Assembly: GCF_000009045.1 (NCBI RefSeq)
Contig: NC_000964.3
Coordinates: forward strand, 3,420,001-3,452,000
DNA from: Bacillus subtilis subsp. subtilis str. 168
Lineage (GTDB): Bacteria > Bacillota > Bacilli > Bacillales > Bacillaceae
DNA: 32,000 nt
Reading direction: 5' to 3'
Shown: in pieces, positions 8,331 to 18,852 of the stretch
How the letters are laid out: each line of letters starts with the position of its first letter
How positions within the stretch are numbered: the first letter of the stretch is position 1
Position numbers and translations under genes: made by a program
Notes under the pieces: generated by a model
Seen by the model: the letters and a program-made list of their open reading frames with translations, nothing else
Database searches by the model: none
What the model was told of the DNA's origin: nothing

Positions 8331-10349
8331 TTATTCGCCGCCTTCAAGCATGGCGGCTTCGACATCATTAATGTATTGGCGAAGCTCATGGGAGATGTCC
8401 CGGGAAATTTCCCTCTCTTCGAAGAGCGTTTGAATTTCATTTCTGATCGCCTGCACAGCCTTCAGCTTCACTTCCAGCTTCTGATTTTCAAAATGGGCAC
8501 TTGATTTTAACTCATGATGGCTGTGCTCCAGCCTGAAAATTAACTGCTTATAGAATGTAATGACAGATAAAAACACTTCTTTATGCTCATCCGTCTTATG
8601 TTTTTCCAGATATTCTATCGCTGCTTTTGCCGTTTTCACTCTTGTTGCCCGTATCAATCCCGCTTCATTTAAAATCGACATCTCCGGCTTTTTATGTTCA
8701 CCGAAGAAAATCCAATACATCAGCCTCTTGAGCCTTGTTTTTGATAACCCGACTTTAAACGGGTTGGCATACAAAATTTCCAACTCGTTAAATCGTTCTT
8801 GCAGCACATTTGCTGTTTCTTCCGGGATGTCTCCCCGCTCCAGCATTTTCATCAGCGCCTCTTGCTCAGCCTTAACCCCCTGCGCACGGACTTTTCGCTC
8901 GTGCTTCTTAATGCGATTAGATGATGTATACTGCTGAAAACGAAGATTTTTCATTTTCTCATTGTATTCAGCTATCACCGCAAGAGAGGCCGTTTTGTTT
9001 GTCTCATTCATGTCCTCTTTAATCGTTTGAAGGGCTGTTTTGATCAACTTGCGTCTCGCCGTCAGCAGCTTCTTATTTCGTTCCTCGTCCTCTTCTTCTT
9101 TTTCAGTCAGAATTGGCAGCACAACGGTGGCAATGACAAGCGTGCATAAAATGACGCCGGCTGCTAAAAAGAGAATCAGATTTCTTTCCGGAAACGGCGT
9201 ACCGTCCTCCAGGAAATACGGAATGGAAAAAGAACCTGCAAGCGTTACTGCTCCACGCACACCGGAAATCGAAATTAACAGCGTCGAACGAAGACCCGGT
9301 TTATAGATGTTCTGATCTTTATTAAAGAACCATTTGCCGTTCCAGAAGAACAGCACCCACAGGAATCTAAGGAGCATTAATGTAAATGTGATGACTAGGA
9401 TATAGCCGATCACCTTCATGTTGCTGATGGCAGTGTCGTTAAAGATAACAGAAATAACATCAGGGATTTGCGTGCCGAGAATAACGAAGACCAGGCCGTT
9501 CAAAATAAATAAAATAATGTTCCACGTACTTGAGGAGACGATTTGCAGCTTGATCATCGTTGATTCCAGACGATCCTGTTCAACCGCATGGGTAATACCG
9601 CCAGCTACAACAGCTAAAATGCCCGAAACGCCGATTTCTTCAGCTGCCAAATAAATCACAAACGGCGTCAGAATTTGAATCAGCATATGCATCGTGACAT
9701 CCTGCATGCCAAGGCGGCGCAGAAATAGGCGAAAACGAATAATCAAAAATGAAATGACAACCCCGCACAGCAAGCCTCCGAGAGAAATAAAGACAAAGCT
9801 GACAGCCGCTTGTGCTAATGAAAATGCACCAGTCACTGCCGCTGCAATCGCAAACTTAAAGGCCACCAGACCTGATGCATCATTCATCAGCCCCTCACCT
9901 TCCAGCAGGCGAAGAATCCCTTTTGGCATTTTCACTCTTCCTGATAATGCGCTGACAGCGACGACATCAGTCGGTGAAAGAATGGCCGCAAGTCCAAAGG
10001 CCGCTGCCAGCGGAATAGCAGGAATCATCCAGTGAATCGTGTAGCCGCCTACAATCACAGTCGCAAATACAAGGCCGAGTGCAAGCAATAAAATCGGAGC
10101 CCTTAAATTCCAAAGCTCTGCCCGCGGTGTCCTCTTTCCATCATTAAATAGCAGAGGCGCGATAAAAAGAACAAAAAACAATTCGGTGTTTAATTCAAAA
10201 TGAAGTCCCTGTGGAAATGAGGCGGCAAGAATCCCAAGAGCCACTTGAATCAGCGGCACCGGAATAAACGGAATAAACCGGTTCACGATATTAGAAATCG
10301 CAATAATCGTTAATAATACGAGCACAACTAAAAATATGTCCAAATGCAT
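8331..10349 (-). CDS. nhaK: Monovalent cation (Na+, K+)/H+ antiporter, CPA1 family, NhaK (YvgP)
   Basis: 672 aa from ATG 10349 with AAGGAGGT RBS; CPA1 motifs [41 protein letters not shown], long cytoplasmic C-terminal domain. The track's upstream start (10433) lacks this RBS. Confidence 0.9.
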   Translation of the reverse strand: MHLDIFLVVLVLLTIIAISNIVNRFIPFIPVPLIQVALGILAASFPQGLHFELNTELFFVLFIAPLLFNDGKRTPRAELWNLRAPILLLALGLVFATVIVGGYTIHWMIPAIPLAAAFGLAAILSPTDVVAVSALSGRVKMPKGILRLLEGEGLMNDASGLVAFKFAIAAAVTGAFSLAQAAVSFVFISLGGLLCGVVISFLIIRFRLFLRRLGMQDVTMHMLIQILTPFVIYLAAEEIGVSGILAVVAGGITHAVEQDRLESTMIKLQIVSSSTWNIILFILNGLVFVILGTQIPDVISVIFNDTAISNMKVIGYILVITFTLMLLRFLWVLFFWNGKWFFNKDQNIYKPGLRSTLLISISGVRGAVTLAGSFSIPYFLEDGTPFPERNLILFLAAGVILCTLVIATVVLPILTEKEEEDEERNKKLLTARRKLIKTALQTIKEDMNETNKTASLAVIAEYNEKMKNLRFQQYTSSNRIKKHERKVRAQGVKAEQEALMKMLERGDIPEETANVLQERFNELEILYANPFKVGLSKTRLKRLMYWIFFGEHKKPEMSILNEAGLIRATRVKTAKAAIEYLEKHKTDEHKEVFLSVITFYKQLIFRLEHSHHELKSSAHFENQKLEVKLKAVQAIRNEIQTLFEEREISRDISHELRQYINDVEAAMLEGGE

Positions 10350-10483
10350 GACCTCCTTCGTCTGTTGTGTGTCGGCATGATGAGCCAAAAAATCTGTTTG
10401 TCTAAAAGCCCTTGAGCTAGGGTGGCCTTGCATCCGCTATGTGGTTTCGCAGGAGTTCTCTCCACACTTGTCTTCTTTTATAG

Positions 10484-10505
10484 TACCCTTTTTAGGGTAT
10501 TTTTT
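10484..10505. repeat. Short inverted repeat TACCCT-TTTT-AGGGTA followed by T-tract upstream of nhaK
   Basis: Perfect 6-bp arms at 10484-10499, T-run to 10505. Confidence 0.6.
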
Positions 10506-10553
10506 CTCATGATATGCTCACAGTGAACTTTTTTGCAGAAGAGCAAATTATAG

Positions 10554-10586
10554 AAAAAAGAGACAGGAAGCTACTCCCTGTCTCTC
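10554..10586 (-). terminator. Intrinsic terminator downstream of cysI
   Basis: Minus strand AGAGACAGG-GAGTAGCTT-CCTGTCTCTTTTTTC, 9-bp perfect stem. Confidence 0.9.
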
Positions 10587-10597
10587 GTCTTTCTTTC

Positions 10598-12313
10598 TCA
10601 ATCATGAAAATTCGTACCGTCAGTTGTTGCTTTAATAATGCCCGCGCGAATGACAAAGTCACCGAAATGCTCGCCTTCCTCGCGTTCTTTCGCATAGCGG
10701 GAAAGAAGGATGCGCAGCTCGCTTAAAATGTCTGCTTCACCGATGTTTTCACGGTACATTTTGCTTAAACGGCTTCCGTCAAACGCAGCGCCAAGATACA
10801 TATTATATTTGCCCGGCGCCTTTCCGATAAATCCGATCTCACCGAGTGCATGACGTGCACAGCCGTTCGGGCATCCTGTCATGCGAATGGTGATTTCCTG
10901 ATCACGAAGGCCGTTTTCGTCAATAATCTCTTCAATCTTATCTAACAGGGTCGGCAAATAACGTTCTGCTTCAGCCATTGCCAATCCGCAGGTCGGAAGA
11001 GCGACGCACGCCATCGAGCTGCGGCGAAGCGCTGAATAGTGCTTGCCGTCAGTTAGTCCGTACTGTTCAATTAAAGCACTGATTTCTTCTTTTTTATCGC
11101 TTGAAACGTTCGCAATCATTAAGTTCTGATTGGCTGTCAGCCGGAACTCACCTGTATGAACTTTGGCGATTTCCCGCAAGCCAGTCATCAGCTTATAATC
11201 ATCGTAATCCGTTATACGGCCGCCTTCGACAAACAGCGTGAAATGCCATTTATCCTCGATGCCTTCCACCCAGCCATAGCGGTCGCCGTTATGATCGAAA
11301 TGATACGGCTTCGCTTCTTCCAGGCTCCAGCCGAGACGGTTTTCCAATTCTTCTTTTACGTTTTCTAAACCGAGGCGGTCAACTGTGTATTTGAACCGCG
11401 CATTTTTACGGACAGAACGGTTGCCGTAATCACGCTGAATCGTAATCGTTTTTTCAGCAACGTCATACATTTGCTCAGGCCGGCAGAAACCGATCACCTT
11501 GGCTAATTGCGGATATGTCGCAGTATCGCCATGCGTCATTCCCATACCGCCGCCGATTGCCACGTTAAAACCGATCAGCTTGCCATCCTCGACAATCGCA
11601 ATGAATCCGAGATCTTGTGAAAAGACGTCAATATCATTAGACGGCGGAACGGCAATACCGATTTTAAACTTCCGCGGCAGATAGAGCGGTCCGTACATTG
11701 GCTCGACTTCTTCCTCCGGCGTGCCGGCAACTCTTTCCTCATCAAGCCAAATTTCATGATATGCTCTCGTCCGCGGCAGCAGATCATCACTTAATTTTTT
11801 AGACCACTCGTATACCTCTGAGTGGATTTCAGATTGATAAGGGTTTGATGCACACATGACGTTACGGTTTACGTCTCCGCAGGCTGCGATCGTATCCAAA
11901 AGTGCTGAGTGGATCGTCTGAATGGTTTTCTTCATGTTCCATTTCAGAATTCCGTGCATTTGGAATGTTTCACGTGTCGTCAATTTTAATGTGCCGTTCC
12001 CGTATTTCTGGGACAGGTCATCCATGACAAGCCATTGTTCAGGCGTCGAGACGCCCCCTGGCATACGCACGCGCAGCATGAACTGATATGCGGGCTCAAG
12101 CTTCTGCTTTTGGCGTTCATTTCGGAGGTCGCGGTCATCCTGCAAATAACTGCCGTGGTGTTTCATCAGGCGGTTATCATCATCCGGAATTCCCGCACTG
12201 ATTCGATCGAGCATCACTTCTTTCAGCGTGCCGCGCAAATAATCACTTTCTTTTTTAATGCGTTCAACATCACTTGGAGAGCCGTCCGGTGCTTTTAGAA
12301 TTTTGGTCACCAT
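10598..12313 (-). CDS. cysI: Assimilatory sulfite reductase hemoprotein beta subunit CysI (YvgQ)
   Basis: 571 aa; siroheme/4Fe-4S motifs [38 protein letters not shown]. Confidence 0.95.
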   Translation of the reverse strand: MVTKILKAPDGSPSDVERIKKESDYLRGTLKEVMLDRISAGIPDDDNRLMKHHGSYLQDDRDLRNERQKQKLEPAYQFMLRVRMPGGVSTPEQWLVMDDLSQKYGNGTLKLTTRETFQMHGILKWNMKKTIQTIHSALLDTIAACGDVNRNVMCASNPYQSEIHSEVYEWSKKLSDDLLPRTRAYHEIWLDEERVAGTPEEEVEPMYGPLYLPRKFKIGIAVPPSNDIDVFSQDLGFIAIVEDGKLIGFNVAIGGGMGMTHGDTATYPQLAKVIGFCRPEQMYDVAEKTITIQRDYGNRSVRKNARFKYTVDRLGLENVKEELENRLGWSLEEAKPYHFDHNGDRYGWVEGIEDKWHFTLFVEGGRITDYDDYKLMTGLREIAKVHTGEFRLTANQNLMIANVSSDKKEEISALIEQYGLTDGKHYSALRRSSMACVALPTCGLAMAEAERYLPTLLDKIEEIIDENGLRDQEITIRMTGCPNGCARHALGEIGFIGKAPGKYNMYLGAAFDGSRLSKMYRENIGEADILSELRILLSRYAKEREEGEHFGDFVIRAGIIKATTDGTNFHD

Positions 12314-12338
12314 GTTGAAAAACTCCTTTCAAGTCAAA

Positions 12339-14165
12339 TCAATATACATCACGCTGATAGCGTTTTTGCTGCTGCATATCGGCAAGATAAGCCTCCGCCT
12401 CTTCGCGGCTCATATTGCCTTCTTTTTCGATAATTTCAAGCAATGTGTTATGGACGTCATGCGCCATGTGCTTTTCATCTCCGCAAATGTAAACAGCCGC
12501 TCCTTCTTGAAGCCATTCAAACAATTCTGCGCTATGTTCAAGCATGCGGTGCTGCACATATACTTTTTCTTCCGTATCACGTGAGAACGCCACATCCATT
12601 TTTGTCAGCACACCGTCTTTGAGCCAATTCTGCCACTCTGTCTGGTAAAGGAAATCCGTGACAAAGTGCTGATCGCCAAAGAACATCCATGCCTTTCCTT
12701 CCGCTCCCGTCTCCTCACGCTCCTGCATAAACGAACGGAAAGGTGCGACGCCTGTCCCAGGGCCCACCATGATAATCGGTGTTTCAGGGTCTTTCGGAAG
12801 CTTAAAGTTTTGATTGTGCTGTACATAAACCGGCAGTGTGTCTCCCGGCTGCAGTCGTTCCGCGCACAAAATCGAGCAGACGCCTTTTCGTTCACGGCCG
12901 TGCGCATCGTAGCGGACTGCGCCGATTGTTAAGTGCACTTCATCCGGATTTGCGGATAAACTGCTTGCAATCGAATAAAGGCGGGCAGGCATTTTTCGCA
13001 AAATCGAGACAAACTCCTGCGCAGATACACTAAATGGGCCATAGTCACGGACGAGATCAAGCAAATCGCGCCCTTCAATATAGGCTTTTACATTCTCCTC
13101 ATTTCCCGGGGCTAAAAGCTCTCTAAGCTCATCGTTCCCTGTCAGCTGGGCTGCCTGTTCAAGAAGCGGTTTTGTGAGAACGGTAATCTCATAGTGAGAA
13201 ATCAGCGCTTCTTTCAGCGGTCGGACATCACCTTGCTTATTAAGCGTCACAATTTCTTCCGGGTCCCAATTCATTTCCTTAAGGAGCAGCTCGACAAGTT
13301 CCGGATCGTTTTCCGGATAGACGCCGAGGCTGTCACCAGGCTCGTAAGTCAGGCCAGATCCTTCAAGAGACAGCTCCACATGGCGTGTTTCTTTATTTGA
13401 TCCTCTGCCGTTTAAATTTAAATTTTCTAACACTTCAGCCCGAAACGGGTTTGTTCTGGAATACGAAGACTCACCGGTTTGTGACGCAGCCGCCGGCGCA
13501 GGCGCGGCGCTTCCGCCCCCAGCTTCATTTAATCCTTTCAATACACCCTCAAGCCATTCGGCTGCCGGTTCATCATAGTCAAGATCGCAATCAACGCGCG
13601 GAGAAATCCGTTTTCCGCCGAGTTCTTCTAAGCGTTGATCAAATTCTTTCCCTGTCTGGCAGAAAAATTCGTACGAACTGTCACCAAGCGCCAAAACGGA
13701 AAAGCGCAGGTCTTCAAGCTTAGGCGCCCGTCTTCCGTGCAGAAATTCATGAAACGACAGCGCGTTATCAGGCGGCTCGCCTTCTCCATGCGTACTGACG
13801 ACGATTAAAAGATTGGTTACCTTCTTCAGCTGATTCGGCTTAAAATCGCTCATGGATGAGACGGTCACTTGAAAACCGCTCTGTTCAAGCTGCTTGCCGG
13901 CATTTTCTGCAAGCCCCTGTGCGTTTCCCGTCTGTGAACCATAAAGAACGGTCACTTCTTTTGAAACGGCCGGTGCCGGTGCTTCCGCTGACACAGCTGC
14001 CGCCGGCGTACCCGCAGCTTCTTGGGCGGAAACAGATTGAGCGGATAAATATCCGCTCAGCCAGATTTTCTGGGATTCGGTCAAGGTCGGCAGAAGGCGG
14101 TTAAGGAGCTCTGCCTGCTCCTGATTAAACGGACTGTTCATTACCTGAAGTTGCAACGTATCCAC
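12339..14165 (-). CDS. cysJ: Sulfite reductase flavoprotein alpha subunit CysJ (YvgR)
   Basis: Flavodoxin domain (VLYGSQTGNAQGLAE) plus FAD/NADPH-binding reductase domain (RLYSIASS, GPGTGVAPFRSFMQER). Alternative TTG start at 14156 gives 605 aa. Confidence 0.95.
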   Translation of the reverse strand: MDTLQLQVMNSPFNQEQAELLNRLLPTLTESQKIWLSGYLSAQSVSAQEAAGTPAAAVSAEAPAPAVSKEVTVLYGSQTGNAQGLAENAGKQLEQSGFQVTVSSMSDFKPNQLKKVTNLLIVVSTHGEGEPPDNALSFHEFLHGRRAPKLEDLRFSVLALGDSSYEFFCQTGKEFDQRLEELGGKRISPRVDCDLDYDEPAAEWLEGVLKGLNEAGGGSAAPAPAAASQTGESSYSRTNPFRAEVLENLNLNGRGSNKETRHVELSLEGSGLTYEPGDSLGVYPENDPELVELLLKEMNWDPEEIVTLNKQGDVRPLKEALISHYEITVLTKPLLEQAAQLTGNDELRELLAPGNEENVKAYIEGRDLLDLVRDYGPFSVSAQEFVSILRKMPARLYSIASSLSANPDEVHLTIGAVRYDAHGRERKGVCSILCAERLQPGDTLPVYVQHNQNFKLPKDPETPIIMVGPGTGVAPFRSFMQEREETGAEGKAWMFFGDQHFVTDFLYQTEWQNWLKDGVLTKMDVAFSRDTEEKVYVQHRMLEHSAELFEWLQEGAAVYICGDEKHMAHDVHNTLLEIIEKEGNMSREEAEAYLADMQQQKRYQRDVY

Positions 14166-14301
14166 CTCACAAAGTTATAAACTGATCGAAAATTGCATCT
14201 AATTGAACTTTACCGGAATACTAGGCTTAAGTAAAATATATTTACATGATGATAACTATTAAGAATCCTAATGATAAAACGGCTATGCTTCATGTAAATA
14301 G

Positions 14302-14327
14302 AAAAAAGAGAAGGACTCCCTTCTCTT
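14302..14327 (-). terminator. Intrinsic terminator downstream of helD
   Basis: Minus strand AGAGAAGG-GAGT-CCTTCTCT-TTTTTC abutting the stop codon. Confidence 0.85.
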
Positions 14328-16651
14328 CATTCAGCAATCTGATATAAGTGAGGCGGCACAGCGGTTACAAACGGACTGGCTTCACCTGTATAAAATACCG
14401 CCAGCATGTGCATCGCACGGGTGCACGCAGTATATAAAAGCCTGCGGTCGTGCTCTGTATGATAGTGTTCTTCAGATGCATCATAGACAAGCACTGCGTC
14501 AAATTCAATTCCCTTCGCTAAATACACCGGAATCACGCAAACACCCTTTTGAAATGGTTGATTTTCTTTATGAATCAGGCGAACATCTGTATATTCACTC
14601 ATGTGGGCGTGCGCCTGTATGCATTGATGCGCAGTCTTGCAGATGACGGCTATTGTTTCGTGCCCTTTTTTCTTGAGCCGGCCAATTTCTTGCGCGAGCT
14701 TTTGGCAAAGGCTCTCATGTCCTTCAGTTTTGACAACGAGCGGCATTTCCCCGCTTCTATTAAACGGCTCAATATCCGCTCCATCTTGAAGCATCGCTTT
14801 GGTAAACTCGACAATCTGCCTTGTTGATCTGTATGTTCTCTTTAAACGAACATACTCAGCAGGCTCATCCTCAAAGCACGCATCCATACGCTGATCCCCG
14901 TTTATGGTATGCGCGTAGATGGACTGATTGATATCACCGAGCACTGTCATGCTGGCAGCCGGAAAAATGCTTCTCATGTAAGCCATCTGAAACGGTGAAT
15001 AGTCCTGGGCTTCGTCAATAAATAGATGTTTGATTTTCGTATTTTTCTTTCTGCCCTCAATCAGATCCTGCATATAAAGAAACGGTGCCGCGTCCTCATA
15101 GAGCAATTTATTATCCGTAAATGCCGAACGGGTCAGCTCACCTATCGCATCCATCTTCTCATGTTGAAATTTTCCTCCCCAGCCAGAAAACAATTGCAAA
15201 TAAAGTTGTGTAACATCAAGAAATGCAAGGAGCCTGACTGCCTGTTTGAGCGGTTTGAAAGCTTTTTTCACAATGATGGCGGCAAGCAGCTGCTGCTCTC
15301 TTTGATAATCGTTAAACGTACTCTCGCTGAACCGTTTCCTTTCCTGCAGTTTTTTGTACACGTCCAAGTAGTCCTCTTTGTCAAGCAGCTCAGCTTCATG
15401 AACAACCCAATCCTTTCGCCGTTCCTTTTTCTCAAGCTTGTTAAGCTCACTCAGCAGCCACTTCGCGGTTTGCTCCATCCGATTCGGAATGGAGTGATTT
15501 TGATCCAATGAGTAAAAATAGGATTGAATTTGCTCCTTTGTGATCAGCTTTTGTCCGCGGAATATAATATTTTTAAAAATCATCCCTTCAGAGGAAAGCC
15601 GTGTGACGTATTCATTAATGAATTGCTGAAAGGATAAACCCGCCTTCCATGTGATTCCTGCAAGCCTTGTTGGAAAATCGCCTCCCTTTGTTTCGGTCAG
15701 GCAATATTCGAGCTGATCAAAGGGGCTTTCACATTTGAACTTGCGGCCAAGACGATGCTCGATATATTCCTGAAACGTCGCCTGCTCCATATTCTCTTCT
15801 CCTAACTCCGGCAAAACAGAGGAGACATAGCTGTTAAATAAGAAGTTGGGTGAAAACAAAACGATTTGTCCGGCATCAATGACACCGCGGTGCCTGTATA
15901 ACAAATAAGCGACACGCTGAAGCGCAGCCGATGTTTTCCCGCTGCCAGCCGCTCCCTGCACGATCAGGATCTTGCTTTTTTCATTACGGATAATCTGATT
16001 TTGTTCTTTCTGAATCGTAGACACGATGTTTTTCATTTGGGTATCAGAGTGATGGCTTAATACCTCTTGCAGCATTTCATCGCCAATCGTCATATCGGTA
16101 TTAAACATCGCCTTGAGAGTGCCGTTTTTGATCATAAACTGGCGTTTCAGCACCATTTCCCCTTCTATCGTTTCACCGGGCACCTCGTACTCCGCTTTTC
16201 CTGGGGAATAATTGTAGTACAAACTTGATATCGGCGCCCTCCAGTCATAGATCAGAAAGTGTTCCTCCTTCTCATCCAAACAGGAAGCTAAACCGATATA
16301 AATTCGCTCTGCCTGCTCCTCGCCGTTTTCAATAAAATCAATCCGGCCGAAATAAGGCGATTTTTTCAATTGATGAATTCGTTTGAGCTGCTGATCCATG
16401 CGCCGATGATTGTGTTCCCGATCAGACAGCAGCTCTGCCTGCTGCTTAATGCTAGCCATCGTTTCAATCGCTTCATGGGCATCATCAAAATTAACCTTAA
16501 CATCCTCCCAAAAGCTTTTTCTTAATCCGATGATATCATGCTTCAACCCGCCCGCAGACGTTTCCAGAAACCGCTCTTTTTTTTCGAGCTCCTTCAGCAC
16601 CTCATCTATTCTCGACTGCTCTTCCTTCCATTCCTTATCCTGCTGATTCAT
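14327..16651 (-). CDS. helD: RNA polymerase-associated UvrD/Rep-like helicase HelD (YvgS)
   Basis: 774 aa; Walker [41 protein letters not shown]-terminal coiled coil. ATG at 16651 has GGAGGT upstream; the track's 16717 start is an extension. Confidence 0.93.
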
Positions 16652-16714
16652 GAACGGCACCTCCAGAAAATAGTTGACAAACATAGATGAAATACTGTAA
16701 AATATAATTGGATA

Positions 16715-16731
16715 CATATATTAAATATATG
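16715..16731. repeat. Perfect palindrome CATATATT-A-AATATATG in helD upstream region
   Basis: Read directly; arms 8 bp, 1-nt centre. Confidence 0.6.
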
Positions 16732-16809
16732 ATGCAAACTGGCAAATACAATTTATAATAGCACATTCACCCAATACCAATCAAGGTTTGGGTTATTTAT
16801 ATTATGCAG

Positions 16810-16845
16810 AAAAAAACCGATTTCACTTCGAAATCGGTTTTTTTG
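16810..16845. terminator. Intrinsic terminator downstream of yvgT
   Basis: AAAAAACCGATTTC-ACTTC-GAAATCGGTTTTTTT. Confidence 0.92.
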
Positions 16846-16848
16846 CTA

Positions 16849-17457
16849 TTAATTATCTAAGCGAAAAGAACGGTTTGGCAGCTTCCAATTAAACATATAG
16901 GAACAAACCCGGCAAACAACGAGCACGAAAAACAGAACGTATAAGCCGAACGAGTTCCCCAGCCAGCCCAAGCCGACGATTAAACCGCCGAGCGCCGCCC
17001 ATACCGCATAGATTTCCGCTTTCAGCACAAGCGGTTTGCGCCCGGCAAGAAGGTCGCGGATGATCCCGCCCCCGCTTCCCGTCAGCACCGCAGCCACGAT
17101 CACGGCACTAAGCGGATGGCCCATTTTGACGGCATACAGTGCGCCTTGGATAGCAAAGGCAGCGAGGCCGATCGCATCTGATAAATTGCCCCACTTATTC
17201 CAATGCTTCAGCAGCAGCTTCGGAAACAGAAACACAATTGTAATAGATAAAAGCGCGATTTGAAAGTACGCTCCCTGCTCCCATAGCGCTGACACCGGAA
17301 CACCGATCAGCAAATTGCGGATCGCTCCTCCTCCAAAAGCTGTGACAATCCCTAATATATAAACTCCTAAAATATCATATTCCTCTTCCATCGCAACAAT
17401 TGCGCCGCTGACTGCAAACGCAATGATGCCAATCACACTAAGCAGCTCCCAAGCCAT
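16849..17457 (-). CDS. yvgT: UPF0126/TRIC-type multi-TM membrane protein YvgT
   Basis: Two internally repeated TM modules (AVSGAIVAMEEEYDILGVYILGIVTAFGGGAIRNLLIG and AIQGALYAVKMGHPLSAVIVAAVLTGSGGGIIRDLLAG). Confidence 0.85.
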   Translation of the reverse strand: MAWELLSVIGIIAFAVSGAIVAMEEEYDILGVYILGIVTAFGGGAIRNLLIGVPVSALWEQGAYFQIALLSITIVFLFPKLLLKHWNKWGNLSDAIGLAAFAIQGALYAVKMGHPLSAVIVAAVLTGSGGGIIRDLLAGRKPLVLKAEIYAVWAALGGLIVGLGWLGNSFGLYVLFFVLVVCRVCSYMFNWKLPNRSFRLDN

Positions 17458-17608
17458 TCTGATGACTCCCTTTTATGTTTGTTAAATTTTCTGACGACCT
17501 CTAGATTTTATAATCGCTCCAGCGTAAAATCAATAACATTTTCATGAGAAAAAAAGATAAATTTAGAGGGAATACGGCTATTGCTGATGGACATGAGTTT
17601 GCGAAATT

Positions 17609-17642
17609 AAAAAAGCGCCCGGCATACGCGGGCGCTTTTTTT
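17609..17642. terminator. Intrinsic terminator downstream of bdbC
   Basis: AAAAAAGCGCCCG-GCATAC-GCGGGCGCTTTTTTT. Confidence 0.9.
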
Positions 17643-17643
17643 G

Positions 17644-18060
17644 TTATTCAGATTTTTCGCCTTTCAGCAGGCACATAAAAATGATAATCAGGATAAAAGC
17701 AATCAGGGCCAGGAATGGAATCGTAATAAAACCAAACCAGTTAATATATTGGCCCGAGCACGGCACGCCGCTGACACATGGCTTAATGCCGCTAAAGCCG
17801 GGCACTTTTTGCTCTAAGTAATGCATGATCGAAATGAATGCCCCAATAATCGCCATCGGGAGCACATATTTTTTCACTCGTGTGTCCCCTTGAAAGGTGG
17901 CGATGCCTAAAATCAGGACGAGCGGATACATGAGGATACGCTGGTACCAGCACAGTTCACATGGAATAAACTTTCTGATTTCACTGAAATACAGGCTGCC
18001 CAGCATAGCGATAAGAGCCACAACCCAGGAAGCATATAAAAATACGATTCTATTTTTCAT
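17644..18060 (-). CDS. bdbC: Membrane disulfide oxidoreductase BdbC (DsbB-like, YvgU)
   Basis: 138 aa, four TM helices, CELCWYQR motif and second Cys pair CVSGVPC. Confidence 0.93.
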   Translation of the reverse strand: MKNRIVFLYASWVVALIAMLGSLYFSEIRKFIPCELCWYQRILMYPLVLILGIATFQGDTRVKKYVLPMAIIGAFISIMHYLEQKVPGFSGIKPCVSGVPCSGQYINWFGFITIPFLALIAFILIIIFMCLLKGEKSE

Positions 18061-18064
18061 ATTG

Positions 18065-18733
18065 TTACTTCCCTTTCAGCTCTTTTTCTATTGTCTCTTT
18101 GATTTCATCATAATCCGCAAAATTTTTGATCACTTTATCATTGACGTAAATCGTCGGTGTTGCCTGTATGTTCATTTTTTGATTAAGGTCAGAATCCTTT
18201 TCCACTTGAGAAGCGAATGTTTCCTTATCAAGATTTTCCTTGAGCGTCTCAGGTTTTATCTTTGTGGTGCTTTTTGCAAGATCACCAAGGAGGCCTGGGG
18301 TTACCCATTCCTGTTCCGTATCCGGCTGTTTTTCGAACAGCTTTTCATGGAAATCCCAGAAAGAGTCAGGGTCTTCCTTCCATACTTCTTCAGATGCAAG
18401 AGCCGCTAACCTTGAACCTTTTCCATGGAACATGACGTTCACGAAAGAAAATTTCACATCGCCCTTATCAATAAAGTCTTTTTGTATTTTTGGAAAGATG
18501 TCACTGTTAAACACCTTGCAAGACGGACATTTGTAATCTCCGAATTCTACTACAGTTACCGGTGCATCGTCCTTGCCAAGCACAGGCTGCCCTTTGATAG
18601 ACGGCTGTCCGGACACCGCATCATTGCCTTGTTCCGTTTTGTTATTAATGATGACAATGGCTGCTAGCAATACAACAACCACAACCGTAAGGATGACCGC
18701 GAATTTCGCAGAAGACTGCTGTTTCTTTTTCAC
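18065..18733 (-). CDS. bdbD: Thiol-disulfide oxidoreductase BdbD (DsbA-like, YvgV)
   Basis: 222 aa, N-terminal TM anchor, thioredoxin-like domain with FGDYKCPSCKVF active site, cis-Pro region ATPTIYVN. Confidence 0.93.
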   Translation of the reverse strand: MKKKQQSSAKFAVILTVVVVVLLAAIVIINNKTEQGNDAVSGQPSIKGQPVLGKDDAPVTVVEFGDYKCPSCKVFNSDIFPKIQKDFIDKGDVKFSFVNVMFHGKGSRLAALASEEVWKEDPDSFWDFHEKLFEKQPDTEQEWVTPGLLGDLAKSTTKIKPETLKENLDKETFASQVEKDSDLNQKMNIQATPTIYVNDKVIKNFADYDEIKETIEKELKGK

Positions 18734-18852
18734 TCCGACACCTCATCGTTTTAAAATTAAAAAAGAAGCGGATCGCAATTGACCCACTTCTTTATTTTAA
18801 CAAGACAAGCGCTGATAAGAAAACCCCGAAAAAATGAATTCTCTCCGACAAT

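Noticed and set aside
8124-8504. 126-aa plus-strand ORF overlapping end of yvgO, terminator and nhaK 3' end
   Set aside because: Crosses a strong bidirectional terminator and is antisense to nhaK for half its length.
10350-10433. Possible N-terminal extension of NhaK ([16 protein letters not shown]...)
   Set aside because: A strong RBS (AAGGAGGT) precedes the ATG at 10349 and the extension is not membrane-like; more likely leader RNA.
15026-15511. 161-aa plus-strand ORF opposite helD
   Set aside because: Antisense to a well-supported conserved helicase; no RBS or domain signature recognised.
17897-18409. 170-aa plus-strand ORF opposite bdbC/bdbD
   Set aside because: Crosses two well-supported genes antisense; no translation signals.
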